Assembly (NCBI GenBank): GCA_910574255.1
Contig: CAJTAK010000001.1
Location: 83,779-147,778 of the forward strand
Reading direction: 5' to 3'
Source: Clostridia bacterium
GTDB lineage: Bacteria; Bacillota; Clostridia; Lachnospirales; Lachnospiraceae
Length of the DNA stretch: 64,000 nt
Position 1 is the first letter of the stretch. Every line of letters starts with the position of its first letter. Shown in pieces: positions 27,020 to 35,746 of this stretch. The notes below the pieces were generated by a model that saw only the letters and a list, made by a program, of their open reading frames with translations, searched no databases and had not been told where the DNA came from. Made by a program: the position numbers and the translations under genes.

Positions 27020-27793
27020 ATGAAGAAAAAGTTTTGCAGCCTGTTTCTTATCCTGCTTCTTGCGGCAGGAAGTGTTTTGACTGTACATGCGGAGGAACTT
27101 ATAGGCGGAAAGGGCTGGTATGTCCGGTTTACCGGGGATAAGATGGAAAGTAACTTTAATTCGTCTGATGTTACAGAAGCTATTTCAAAAATGGAGCCCG
27201 GAGACAGTGTTACCTTTCATATCAGCCTGGAAAATAATGACACGTCATCTACAGATTGGTATATGACCAATGAGGTGCTCCAAAGCCTGGAGGATAGCCA
27301 GAATGTAGCAGAGGGCAGTGCGTATACTTATATATTGACTTATAAGAACAGCAGCGGACAGGAGGAAATCCTCTACAACAGCGAAAATGTAGGCGGTGAG
27401 ACTGTTACCAGAGCAGGGGAAGGACTTCACGAGGCTACAGACAGCCTGAAGGATTACTTTTATCTGGATAAGCTGGCAAGGAAGGAAAAGGCATCCATTT
27501 CCCTAAAAGTAGCCCTGGATGGAGAAACTCATGGAAATACTTATCAGAATACCATTGCAAAGCTTCAGATGAATTTTGCAGTGGAGAAGCTTAGAGATAC
27601 AAACACAGCCACATCATCCAATGCCAGAAGCGTCCGGGAGGACAATGAGATTTATAAGGTGGGAAATGATGTGCGGACAGGCGATCAGACCCGCATACTG
27701 CTTTGGTCACTGCTGGCGTTGGTGAGCGGTATTGGATTTATGGGACTGGCGACTGCAAGCCGCAGGCGAAAAGGGGGAGAGGAACATGAGTAG
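27020..27793 (+). CDS. Secreted surface protein with non-canonical C-terminal sorting signal (VRTGD + TM + RRRKG)
   Basis: Signal peptide MKKKFCSLFLILLLAAGSVLTVHA. C-terminus …VGNDVRTGDQTRILLWSLLALVSGIGFMGLATASRRRKGGEEHE has the tripartite architecture of a cell-wall sorting signal. Confidence 0.55.
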   Translation: MKKKFCSLFLILLLAAGSVLTVHAEELIGGKGWYVRFTGDKMESNFNSSDVTEAISKMEPGDSVTFHISLENNDTSSTDWYMTNEVLQSLEDSQNVAEGSAYTYILTYKNSSGQEEILYNSENVGGETVTRAGEGLHEATDSLKDYFYLDKLARKEKASISLKVALDGETHGNTYQNTIAKLQMNFAVEKLRDTNTATSSNARSVREDNEIYKVGNDVRTGDQTRILLWSLLALVSGIGFMGLATASRRRKGGEEHE

Positions 27794-28838
27794 ATGTCGT
27801 AAAATCTGGTTTATTGTTCTGTCCTTATGCATGTTTTTTTCGGCGGCTCCTTTAGAAAGCAGCGCAGCACAAGGAGATTCCTATACCTATACTCTGACCT
27901 TTTATGCAGGCAATCAGGGGGAGTTCTCAGGTATTGGAGACTTGTCCGGCCTTTCTTCCGGATATATGATTACAAGCAGTCAGGACAGAATCACCATCAG
28001 CGGCTTAAGCTATCGGGATCGAGTAAGCTTTAATGCAGTATCCCTTATAAAGCTTCCGGAGGACAGTAAGTATTATGTAAAGGGAATCCGTCAGAGCGGC
28101 CGTGATAACAATACAGTAGATCAGGTGAGGAGCAATTCTATCCTTGTGGAAAGTGATCGGGATTATGTGGTAGCTTATGGCATCAAAGGAGATATGGTAG
28201 CTTACCATGTAAATTACAGGGATGAGGCAGGCAATACGCTGGCACCCAGCGAAACCTATTATGGCAATGTGGGAGATAAGCCTGTGATGGCATTTCTTTA
28301 CATTGAAGGCTATGAGCCTCAGGCATACAATCTGACCCGGACACTGGTAAGTGATGAGTCGAAAAATGAGTTCAACTTTGTGTATCGCAGGGCAGCAGCC
28401 GGAGCGAATACTGCAACCGTGACAGGAGGCGGCAATACCTCAACGGCTGTTCCTGGCAGCGTTACGGTAATTTCCGGCGAGGGCAATGCAAGCGGAGGAA
28501 ATGGCACAGGAACAGGCGGCGGGGCAAATGCCAATGCCAATGCAGACACGGACGGAGAGGCAGCAGAGGGTGAAAACGCTGAAAATGCAGAAGCTGAAAC
28601 AACGACCATTCAGGATGACCCAGTGCCTCAGGCGCCGGGAGAGCTGGTGGATCTGGATGACGAGGAAGTGCCTCTGGCAAATCTAAAGGATCTCATTATC
28701 AATTCAGAGGGACGCTTTGTCTATGGTGCATCTATTTTGATAGGCGTATCTGCTGCTGCGGCATTGATTGGAATGGGAATTATGTTCTGGAAAAAGAAAC
28801 ATGTGAATGAGGAAATAGACAATTGGGAGATCAATTAA
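27786..28838 (+). CDS. Surface protein with low-complexity Gly/Asn/Ala/Glu tract and C-terminal TM anchor
   Basis: Signal peptide MSRCRKIWFIVLSLCMFFSAAPLESSAAQG. The tract GGNGTGTGGGANANANADTDGEAAEGENAENAEAE. A C-terminal TM segment ILIGVSAAAALIGMGIMFWKKKH. Confidence 0.5.
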   Translation: MSRCRKIWFIVLSLCMFFSAAPLESSAAQGDSYTYTLTFYAGNQGEFSGIGDLSGLSSGYMITSSQDRITISGLSYRDRVSFNAVSLIKLPEDSKYYVKGIRQSGRDNNTVDQVRSNSILVESDRDYVVAYGIKGDMVAYHVNYRDEAGNTLAPSETYYGNVGDKPVMAFLYIEGYEPQAYNLTRTLVSDESKNEFNFVYRRAAAGANTATVTGGGNTSTAVPGSVTVISGEGNASGGNGTGTGGGANANANADTDGEAAEGENAENAEAETTTIQDDPVPQAPGELVDLDDEEVPLANLKDLIINSEGRFVYGASILIGVSAAAALIGMGIMFWKKKHVNEEIDNWEIN

Positions 28839-29359
28839 AGAAAAAGGAAAAGCATTTTGAGCTGTCTTCTATATGCAGCGGTTTTGGATTGATTTTACTC
28901 CTGTTGGTTGTAGCTCTTTGCCTGCCGCTGACGGTGCCCCGTTTGCTGGGGTATGAGCTTTACGCTATTGTCAGCGGCAGTATGGAGCCGGCGATTTCCG
29001 TCGGCAGTGTAGTTTATGCCAAGCGGATTAATCCGCAGGAGATAGAAGCCGGCGATGTGATCGTATTTTATGGCGGTCATGATTCTTCCGCAGTCATTAC
29101 ACATCGGGCTGTGGAGAATCATAAGGAAGAGCAGGAACTTCTCACCAAAGGCGATGCAAATGCGGGAAACGATATGCTTCCCATTGCATACAATAATGTT
29201 ATCGGCAGGGTAGGACTGTCCGTTCCGATTCTGGGTATTCTGCTGCCATTGGTGACAGAGACTTCAGGAAAGCTTTACCTGGTGGGGATCCTTGGAGCAG
29301 GGGTTCTTTTCCGCATTCTGGGAAGCCGTCTGCGAGATGGAAGTGAGTCAGAAGGATAA
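28823..29359 (+). CDS. sipW: SipW-type signal peptidase (S26B, ER/archaeal type)
   Basis: An N-terminal TM segment, the catalytic motif AIVSGSMEP characteristic of SipW/Sec11-type peptidases, and a C-terminal TM segment. TTG start; no in-frame ATG. Confidence 0.8.
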   Translation: MGDQLKKKEKHFELSSICSGFGLILLLLVVALCLPLTVPRLLGYELYAIVSGSMEPAISVGSVVYAKRINPQEIEAGDVIVFYGGHDSSAVITHRAVENHKEEQELLTKGDANAGNDMLPIAYNNVIGRVGLSVPILGILLPLVTETSGKLYLVGILGAGVLFRILGSRLRDGSESEG

Positions 29360-29398
29360 TTTGTGATGAATTATTTTCATGAGAGAGAAATTTGGACC

Positions 29399-29427
29399 TT
29401 GACAGAGACATACTGGTGTGGTATAAA
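29399..29427 (+). promoter_or_regulatory. Near-consensus sigma-A promoter driving tRNA-Trp
   Basis: -35 TTGACA (29399-29404), 17-nt spacer, extended -10 TGgTATAAA (29419-29427). About 19 nt upstream of the tRNA 5' end. Confidence 0.7.
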
Positions 29428-29446
29428 TAATAAGTACGTTTTAGTT

Positions 29447-29517
29447 AGGGGATTGGTCAAATGGCATGACAGGGGTCTCCAAAACCCTTAGTGGGAGTTC
29501 GATTCTCTCATCCCCTG
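29447..29517 (+). tRNA. trnW: tRNA-Trp (anticodon CCA)
   Basis: Manually folded cloverleaf. Acceptor AGGGGAT/ATCCCCT, D-stem GTCA/TGAC, anticodon stem GGGGT/ACCCT with loop CTCCAAA (anticodon CCA), T-stem GGGAG/CTCTC with loop TTCGATT, discriminator G. No CCA is encoded. Confidence 0.8.
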
Positions 29518-29524
29518 TAGAAAA

Positions 29525-29571
29525 AGCACAGGAAACCTGTAAGACAACAGGTTCCTGTGCTTTTTCTTTTT
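29525..29571 (+). terminator. Rho-independent terminator after tRNA-Trp
   Basis: A 14-bp stem with a 1-nt bulge: GCACAGGAAACCTGT (29525-29539) pairs with ACAGGTTCCTGTGC (29546-29559) around loop AAGACA, followed by TTTTTCTTTTTT (29560-29571). Confidence 0.8.
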
Positions 29572-29701
29572 TGGAAAATAAAAAGAATGACAGGACTTTT
29601 GAGATGTATTATAATAGGAATGAAACCTGTAGAACTCAAAATAATAACCCTTTTTGCAATGCCAATAGGGTTAGGGAACTGAAATTAGGAGGATACATAA
29701 A

Positions 29702-30382
29702 ATGGCTAATATTTTAAAAAGATTTGGCGATATCATGTCAGCAAATATCAATGCACTTCTGGATAAGGCAGAAGATCCGGAAAAGATGATTGACAAATAC
29801 ATTCGGGATATAGAAGAAGACATGCGGGGCGTAAAGGCAGAGACTGCGGCAGTGATGGCGGCGGAGACCAAGGCAAAGCGGGAACTTGCCGAATGTCAGG
29901 ATGAGATTGCCAAGATGCAGAAGTATGCAGAGAAAGCACTGATGGCAGGCAATGAGAGTGATGCCCGCAGATTCCTGGAGAAAAAGGGCGAGTTGACCAA
30001 CAAACAGGCAGGCTTGCAGCAGGCTTACGATCTGGCGGCAGCAAATGCAGCCAAGATGAAGGAAATGCACGACAAGCTGGCCAAGGATCTGGAAGGACTT
30101 CAGGCAAAACGTGATGCGATCAAGGCTAAAGCAGCCGTAGCCAAAACCCAGGAAAAGCTCAACAAGATGGGCACAAATGTATCTGGCGCAGGGGAAGCTA
30201 TGGCAGCCTTTGACCGCATGGAGGCAAAGGTGGATCGGATGCTGGATGAGGCTAACGCTATGGCGGAATTGAATTCTGAGGCAGACAGCATTGACGCTTT
30301 GGCAGCAAAATATGACGGGGATGAGGATACTTCTTCTGTAGATGATGAGCTGGCAGCTCTAAAGGCGAAGATGGGACTGTAA
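29702..30382 (+). CDS. pspA: PspA/IM30 family protein (phage-shock protein A / LiaH-like)
   Basis: MANILKRFGDIMSANINALLDKAEDPEKMIDKYIRDIEEDM… a canonical PspA N-terminus, with a coiled-coil throughout. RBS AGGAGG. Confidence 0.9.
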   Translation: MANILKRFGDIMSANINALLDKAEDPEKMIDKYIRDIEEDMRGVKAETAAVMAAETKAKRELAECQDEIAKMQKYAEKALMAGNESDARRFLEKKGELTNKQAGLQQAYDLAAANAAKMKEMHDKLAKDLEGLQAKRDAIKAKAAVAKTQEKLNKMGTNVSGAGEAMAAFDRMEAKVDRMLDEANAMAELNSEADSIDALAAKYDGDEDTSSVDDELAALKAKMGL

Positions 30383-30386
30383 AAGC

Positions 30387-31553
30387 ATGGAAGAAAAAAT
30401 CTATTACTGCGAGGGCTGCGGCGGTGTCATGGAGTTTGACGTAGCTACGCAGAGCCTTAAATGCCTCAACTGTGACAGAGTGGTTCCCATTGCTCATGAT
30501 GAGCGTAAATTGGTAGAGCACAGTCTTACTCATCATGCCATGAGGACAATTCGGGCCAGCGAGAAGACAACACATACTATGGAATGTAAGGGCTGCGGTG
30601 CCAGGATAGAAGTAGAGGGTACCAGCAGGGCTGCTGAGTGCCCTTATTGCGGTTCGGACTATGTGCTGGCAGAACGGGAGGCGGATGCGGTACTTCCCGA
30701 TGGAGTTCTGCCCTTTCAGGTAGATAAGAATCGGGTAGGAGAATTGTTTCGTCAGTGGATGAAAGGCCGGTGGCTTGCTCCTGGCGAGTTGAAGCATCTC
30801 TATCAGAAGGACCGGCTTCAGGGGATCTACGTGCCCTATTGGACTTTTGATGCAAAGGTAAATGCCCGTTATACGGCCATGGGAGGACGGCACCGGACTG
30901 TGACCCGAAAAGGACCGGACGGAAAGGAAGTGCGGGAGGTAGTTACGGATTGGTACCCTACCTCCGGAAGCATCCGTCATTTTTTTGATGATGTTCTTGT
31001 ACCGGCTTCAGAGAAAATGGATTCAAAGCTGCTGCGGCGTACCGGATATTTTGGCACGAAGCAAGTAGTTTCTTATGCGCCGGAATATCTGTCCGGCTAT
31101 AGTGCAGAGTGTTACACGGTGGATCTGGATGACGCCCACCGGGAAGCAGTGGGAACCATGGAGCGGGAGCTTGAGAGCATGGCCCGCAGTGAGGTCCTTG
31201 GCAGATATGATGAAGTAAGCAATATCCATGTTCAGGCAGACTATCGGGATGAGACCTACAAGCATGTGCTGCTTCCCATGTATTCAACTGCTTATACCTA
31301 TAAAGGGAAGCGCTACCGGGTGCTGATTAATGGACAGAGCGGAAGGGTGGAGGGAGATTACCCCAAAAGCCCGGTGCGGATTGGTGCCATTGTGCTGCTG
31401 GTTCTGCTTATTGTGGCACTGGTATATTGGTTCAGCAGCGGCCCTGATATGAGGGCAGATACTTTGCCTGCCTGGGAAGAAGGGCAAACATATGATTATG
31501 AGATAGAGGAGGATGCAGCATGGGCTTATTTGGAGGACAATTTGCCAATGTAG
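30387..31553 (+). CDS. PspA-associated zinc-ribbon/membrane protein (YdjG/YdjH-like)
   Basis: N-terminal CxxC…CxxC zinc ribbon (CEGCGG…CLNCD) with a further CKGCG…CPYCG. A C-terminal TM segment IGAIVLLVLLIVALVYWF. Positioned as in the B. subtilis pspA-ydjGHI operon. Confidence 0.55.
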   Translation: MEEKIYYCEGCGGVMEFDVATQSLKCLNCDRVVPIAHDERKLVEHSLTHHAMRTIRASEKTTHTMECKGCGARIEVEGTSRAAECPYCGSDYVLAEREADAVLPDGVLPFQVDKNRVGELFRQWMKGRWLAPGELKHLYQKDRLQGIYVPYWTFDAKVNARYTAMGGRHRTVTRKGPDGKEVREVVTDWYPTSGSIRHFFDDVLVPASEKMDSKLLRRTGYFGTKQVVSYAPEYLSGYSAECYTVDLDDAHREAVGTMERELESMARSEVLGRYDEVSNIHVQADYRDETYKHVLLPMYSTAYTYKGKRYRVLINGQSGRVEGDYPKSPVRIGAIVLLVLLIVALVYWFSSGPDMRADTLPAWEEGQTYDYEIEEDAAWAYLEDNLPM

Positions 31554-32482
31554 TGGAGTGGCAGGAATTTCGGGACGATATACTTTTCTGGAAATGGAGC
31601 AATAAAGAGATAAAAAAGGGCAGCCGCCTGATTATCCGTCCGGGGCAGGATGCCATTTTCCTGTATAACGGTAAAGTGGAGGGACTGTTTAGGGATGATG
31701 GAAGCTATGATATTGAGTCCCAGATCATTCCTTTTTTGTCCACATTGAAGGGCTTTAAGTTCGGCTTTAACAGCGGCCTTCGGGCAGAGGTACTGTTTAT
31801 CAACACAAAAGAAGTTCTGGTAAAATGGGGTACCAAGAATCCCGTGCTGATTCCGGCGCCGGGGCTTCCGGGCGGCATGCCCATTCGTTCCTTTGGGACC
31901 TTTAGCTGTAAGGTGGCGGACTATGATGTCTTTATTGAGCGTATAGCCGGAATCCGCCAGCAGTATACGATGGATGAGGTAAAGGAGCGCATTACCTCTA
32001 TGCTGGATCAGCTTCTGATGAAATGGATTGCAAAAGAAGGCAGGGATATGTTTAACCTTCAGGTCAATGCTTCCGAGATAGGAAAGGGCATTCAGGAGGA
32101 TCTGGATATGGAGATGATGAAAATCGGAATCAGCATCACAAGCTTTGCTATTTCCAGCTTTAATTATCCCCAGGAAGTACAGAAGATGGCAGAAAAGGCA
32201 GCGGCCCAGAGTATGATCGGCGATGTGGGACGTTTTCAGCAGGTAGCCATGGGTGAGTCAATCGCTGCCGGGAAGGGCGGCGGTGCAGCTTCTGACATGG
32301 CAGGTATTGCTATGGGAATGGCAATGGGGCAGCAGATGGCAGCTCAGATGCAGCAGAATCAGGCAGCAGCTTCGCAGCCGCAGGCAGCCGTGGGGGGAAC
32401 GGCTCCCAATTTCTGTCCGGACTGCGGGACTAAGACAAACGGAGCGAATTTCTGCCCAAATTGCGGAAGAAAGCTGGTATAA
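31520..32482 (+). CDS. SPFH/Band-7-like protein with C-terminal zinc ribbon (YdjI-like)
   Basis: MGLFGGQFANVVEWQEF…LIIRPGQDAIFLYNGKV… followed by a Q/A/M-rich linker and a C-terminal CPDCG…CPNCG. Third gene of the pspA module. Confidence 0.6.
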   Translation: MGLFGGQFANVVEWQEFRDDILFWKWSNKEIKKGSRLIIRPGQDAIFLYNGKVEGLFRDDGSYDIESQIIPFLSTLKGFKFGFNSGLRAEVLFINTKEVLVKWGTKNPVLIPAPGLPGGMPIRSFGTFSCKVADYDVFIERIAGIRQQYTMDEVKERITSMLDQLLMKWIAKEGRDMFNLQVNASEIGKGIQEDLDMEMMKIGISITSFAISSFNYPQEVQKMAEKAAAQSMIGDVGRFQQVAMGESIAAGKGGGAASDMAGIAMGMAMGQQMAAQMQQNQAAASQPQAAVGGTAPNFCPDCGTKTNGANFCPNCGRKLV

Positions 32483-32539
32483 TCCACATAAATTGGTTTT
32501 GTGACCGGACATTTAATCACAAAGATACAGGAGACTTCA

Positions 32540-34753
32540 ATGAGTATATATGATACTTTAAATCCGGAGCAGAAGGAAGCGGTGCTTCACACAGAAGGAC
32601 CGCTTCTGATTTTGGCAGGAGCCGGTTCCGGAAAGACAAGAGTTCTGATCCATCGGATTGCATGGATGATGGAGCAGGGGGTAAGTCCATGGAATATTAT
32701 GGCGATTACCTTTACCAACAAGGCGGCAGGAGAAATGCGGCAGCGTGTAAACAATTTGGTGGGCCAGGGAGCTGACAGTGTATGGGTGGCTACTTTCCAT
32801 TCTACCTGTGTGCGGATTCTGCGCCGTTATATCGGGCATCTGGGCTTTGACACTGCATTTTCCATCTATGATGCGGATGATCAGAAGACAGTTATGAAGG
32901 ATGTGTGCAAGCGTCTGAATATCGACACAAAGATTTTTAAGGAGCGTTACCTGTTAAGTGTTATTTCCAGAGCAAAGGATGAAATGATTAGCCCTCTGGA
33001 AATGGAGATGGCGGCACAAAATGATTTTCAGAAAAAACGGGTGGCAGAAGCCTACCGGGAATATCAGGCCCAGCTTCGAAGAAATAACGCTCTGGATTTT
33101 GATGATTTGATTGTAAAGACGGTAGAACTGTTTCAGAACTGTCCGGAAATTCTGAACTCCTATCAGGAGCGGTTTCGCTATTTGATGGTGGACGAGTATC
33201 AGGATACAAATACAGTACAATTTAAGCTGATCAGCCTTCTAGCAGGAAAATACCGAAACCTCTGTGTGGTGGGCGACGACGATCAGTCCATTTACAGGTT
33301 CCGCGGGGCGAATATTTATAATATACTGAATTTTGAGCAGGTATTTCCCGATGCGAAGGTAATTAAGCTGGAGCAGAATTACCGTTCTACTCAAAATATC
33401 CTGAATACTGCAAATGAGGTGATCCGCAACAACTATGGGCGGAAAGAAAAGCGGCTTTGGACAGAAAACGAGGAGGGAAGGCCCATAGGGTTCCACCTGC
33501 TTCTCAATGCATTTGAGGAGGCGGAGCATATCATAGGAGATATCAGCAGCCGTGTACGAAAAGGTGAAGCGGATTATCAGGATCATGCTGTTTTGTACCG
33601 AACAAATGCCCAATCCCGTTTGTTTGAGGAAAAGCTGATTATAGCAGGGATTCCTTATAAACTGATAGGCGGTGTAAACTTCTATGCCCGAAAGGAAATC
33701 AAGGATGTGCTGGCATACCTCAAAACCATTGACAATGGAAAGGATGAGGTGGCTGTCCGCCGAATTATCAATGTACCGAAGCGGGGGATTGGAGCTGCCA
33801 CCCTGAACCGGGTGCAGGATTATGCAGGAGCTTATGGCATCAGCTTTTATGATGCTCTTCTTCGGGCTGAGGAGATTCCCAATCTTGGGCGAAGCGGCGG
33901 GAAGATTAAGCCTTTTACCACATTGATTCAGAATATGCGAAGCCAGCTTAAGGAGATGTCCCTGACTGAACTGACGAAAGCACTTTTGGGTGAGACAGGT
34001 TATATTAAGGATCTGGAAAATGAGGGGACAGATGAAGCCAAGGGCAGGATTGAGAATATTGATGAACTGCTCAATAAGCTGGCAGCCTATGAGGAGACAG
34101 CCGATGAGCCTACTTTAAGCGGATTCTTAGAAGAGGTTGCGCTGGTGGCTGACATTGACAGTCTGGAAGAAAGCAGTAATTATGTGGTGCTGATGACCCT
34201 GCACAGCGCTAAGGGACTGGAATTTCCTTATGTATATATGGCAGGTATGGAGGAAGGGATATTTCCAAGCTACATGTCTCTCAATGGGGACAATCCGGAG
34301 GAAGAATTGGAAGAAGAACGGCGGCTCTGTTATGTAGGGATTACCCGGGCGAAAAGAGAACTGATGCTGACGGCGGCCCGTCAGAGAATGGTCCGGGGAG
34401 AAACCATGTTCAATGCTGTTTCCCGTTTTATTCGTGAGATTCCGGAGGAATATTTGGAATCCAAGAAGAAAAAGGAAGGCCCCGCAAAGCCTGTGAATGT
34501 TCCGAAGCAGGCTGCCTGGATACAGTCAAAAGAGAGCTTTCGGGCCAAGCCCTATGAATCTCAGAGCCTTACTGTGAAAAAAGCCTCCGGACTGGAATAT
34601 GGGGTGGGTGATCGGGTACGCCACATTAAGTTTGGAGAGGGAACCGTATTGGAGATTACGGAGGGAAAGAAAGATTACGAGGTCAAGGTGGAATTTGACA
34701 CAGCCGGGATTAAGCGGTTGTTTGCTTCTTTTGCCAAGTTAAGGAAATTGTGA
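32540..34753 (+). CDS. pcrA: ATP-dependent DNA helicase PcrA (UvrD family)
   Basis: MSIYDTLNPEQKEAVLHTEGPLLILAGAGSGKTRVL (helicase motif I), plus DEYQDTN, VGDDDQSIYRFRGA and the C-terminal UvrD domains. The ATG at 32540 follows RBS AGGAGA. Confidence 0.9.
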   Translation: MSIYDTLNPEQKEAVLHTEGPLLILAGAGSGKTRVLIHRIAWMMEQGVSPWNIMAITFTNKAAGEMRQRVNNLVGQGADSVWVATFHSTCVRILRRYIGHLGFDTAFSIYDADDQKTVMKDVCKRLNIDTKIFKERYLLSVISRAKDEMISPLEMEMAAQNDFQKKRVAEAYREYQAQLRRNNALDFDDLIVKTVELFQNCPEILNSYQERFRYLMVDEYQDTNTVQFKLISLLAGKYRNLCVVGDDDQSIYRFRGANIYNILNFEQVFPDAKVIKLEQNYRSTQNILNTANEVIRNNYGRKEKRLWTENEEGRPIGFHLLLNAFEEAEHIIGDISSRVRKGEADYQDHAVLYRTNAQSRLFEEKLIIAGIPYKLIGGVNFYARKEIKDVLAYLKTIDNGKDEVAVRRIINVPKRGIGAATLNRVQDYAGAYGISFYDALLRAEEIPNLGRSGGKIKPFTTLIQNMRSQLKEMSLTELTKALLGETGYIKDLENEGTDEAKGRIENIDELLNKLAAYEETADEPTLSGFLEEVALVADIDSLEESSNYVVLMTLHSAKGLEFPYVYMAGMEEGIFPSYMSLNGDNPEEELEEERRLCYVGITRAKRELMLTAARQRMVRGETMFNAVSRFIREIPEEYLESKKKKEGPAKPVNVPKQAAWIQSKESFRAKPYESQSLTVKKASGLEYGVGDRVRHIKFGEGTVLEITEGKKDYEVKVEFDTAGIKRLFASFAKLRKL

Positions 34754-34794
34754 GAATAAATTTTTCGGAAATGATAGTAATTTGAATGTAGTTG

Positions 34795-34803
34795 TGGTAT
34801 AAT
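34795..34803 (+). promoter_or_regulatory. Extended -10 promoter (TGgTATAAT) upstream of the small acidic protein gene
   Basis: tggtataat at 34795-34803 with no good -35. Followed by a roughly 70-nt leader containing a CACTTA-gta-AGTG hairpin. Confidence 0.35.
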
Positions 34804-34875
34804 ATGAACACTTAGTAAGTGTGAGCCAAGGGCGAAGCATGAATTGCAATTAACGATTAGGAAAGGGTGCGTGCA

Positions 34876-35127
34876 ATGAATAAGATGGAAGATTTTCTGA
34901 CAGCAACAAAGTTGAATGAGCTGATTCATAAGAGAGAGGTAGATGAGAAGAATAAAAATACGGTTCTTTGGATTCTGGCAATCATCGGAGCGGTTGCAGC
35001 CGTAGCGGCTATCGCTTATGCCGTGTATCGTTTCTTTACTCCGGATTATCTGGAAGACTTTGAAGATGATTTCGATGACGATTTTGACGATGACTTCTTT
35101 GAGGACGGAGACGACGAGGAAGAATAA
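34876..35127 (+). CDS. Small membrane-anchored protein with poly-acidic C-terminus
   Basis: One TM segment ILAIIGAVAAVAAIAYAVY, then FEDDFDDDFDDDFFEDGDDEEE. Confidence 0.4.
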   Translation: MNKMEDFLTATKLNELIHKREVDEKNKNTVLWILAIIGAVAAVAAIAYAVYRFFTPDYLEDFEDDFDDDFDDDFFEDGDDEEE

Positions 35128-35308
35128 GAGAGTATGGAAGGGGTTGCAGCAGAGGCGGCAACCCTTTTTCTTATCGCAATAGGAAGACCCTACAATTTTT
35201 TCTGGGATAAAATATATTTACCGCACTGGGGCGGAGAGGAATCAGGTTGATAAAGTGACTCAAGATTCTTTCTTAATTGTATACTGATCTATGAGGGAGG
35301 TACATTTG

Positions 35309-35701
35309 ATGAAGAAAAGGAGAAATCCATTGGGGCAGTTTGTAATTGGGATGATTATGCTGGCGTTGGGGCTATATTGGTTTTTGTCTAATGTGACTGT
35401 GAGCACCTATTTCGGACTTCGGTTTATGGGCATTCGATTTGGCGGCGGTTTGATTGTGATTCCCTTTATTGCAGGGATTATTTGGCTGTTTTTGAATGTG
35501 GACTTAGTGGGGGCAAAACTGTTAACCGGAATCGGGATTGTAATTATTTTGGCATCTATTATTTCCAATATGCAGTTTATATTTCGGGCAACAAGCTTGT
35601 ATGTTTACTTGCTGATGCTCATCCTCTTATTCGGCGGCGGAGCGCTGGTGGGACAGGTCCTGTTTCAATGGCCGAAGGATGATGGAGAGAAAAAGAAATA
35701 G
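35309..35701 (+). CDS. Small polytopic membrane protein (about 130 aa)
   Basis: 4 predicted TM helices. ATG at 35309 behind RBS GAGGGAGG. Confidence 0.5.
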   Translation: MKKRRNPLGQFVIGMIMLALGLYWFLSNVTVSTYFGLRFMGIRFGGGLIVIPFIAGIIWLFLNVDLVGAKLLTGIGIVIILASIISNMQFIFRATSLYVYLLMLILLFGGGALVGQVLFQWPKDDGEKKK

Positions 35702-35746
35702 AAGTAGTATAGGACTATGAAATATAAAAATTATGAGGAGAACGGG

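Noticed and set aside
29466-29717. 83-aa ORF overlapping the tRNA-Trp 3' half and its terminator
   Set aside because: It spans a tRNA and an intrinsic terminator hairpin. Spurious.
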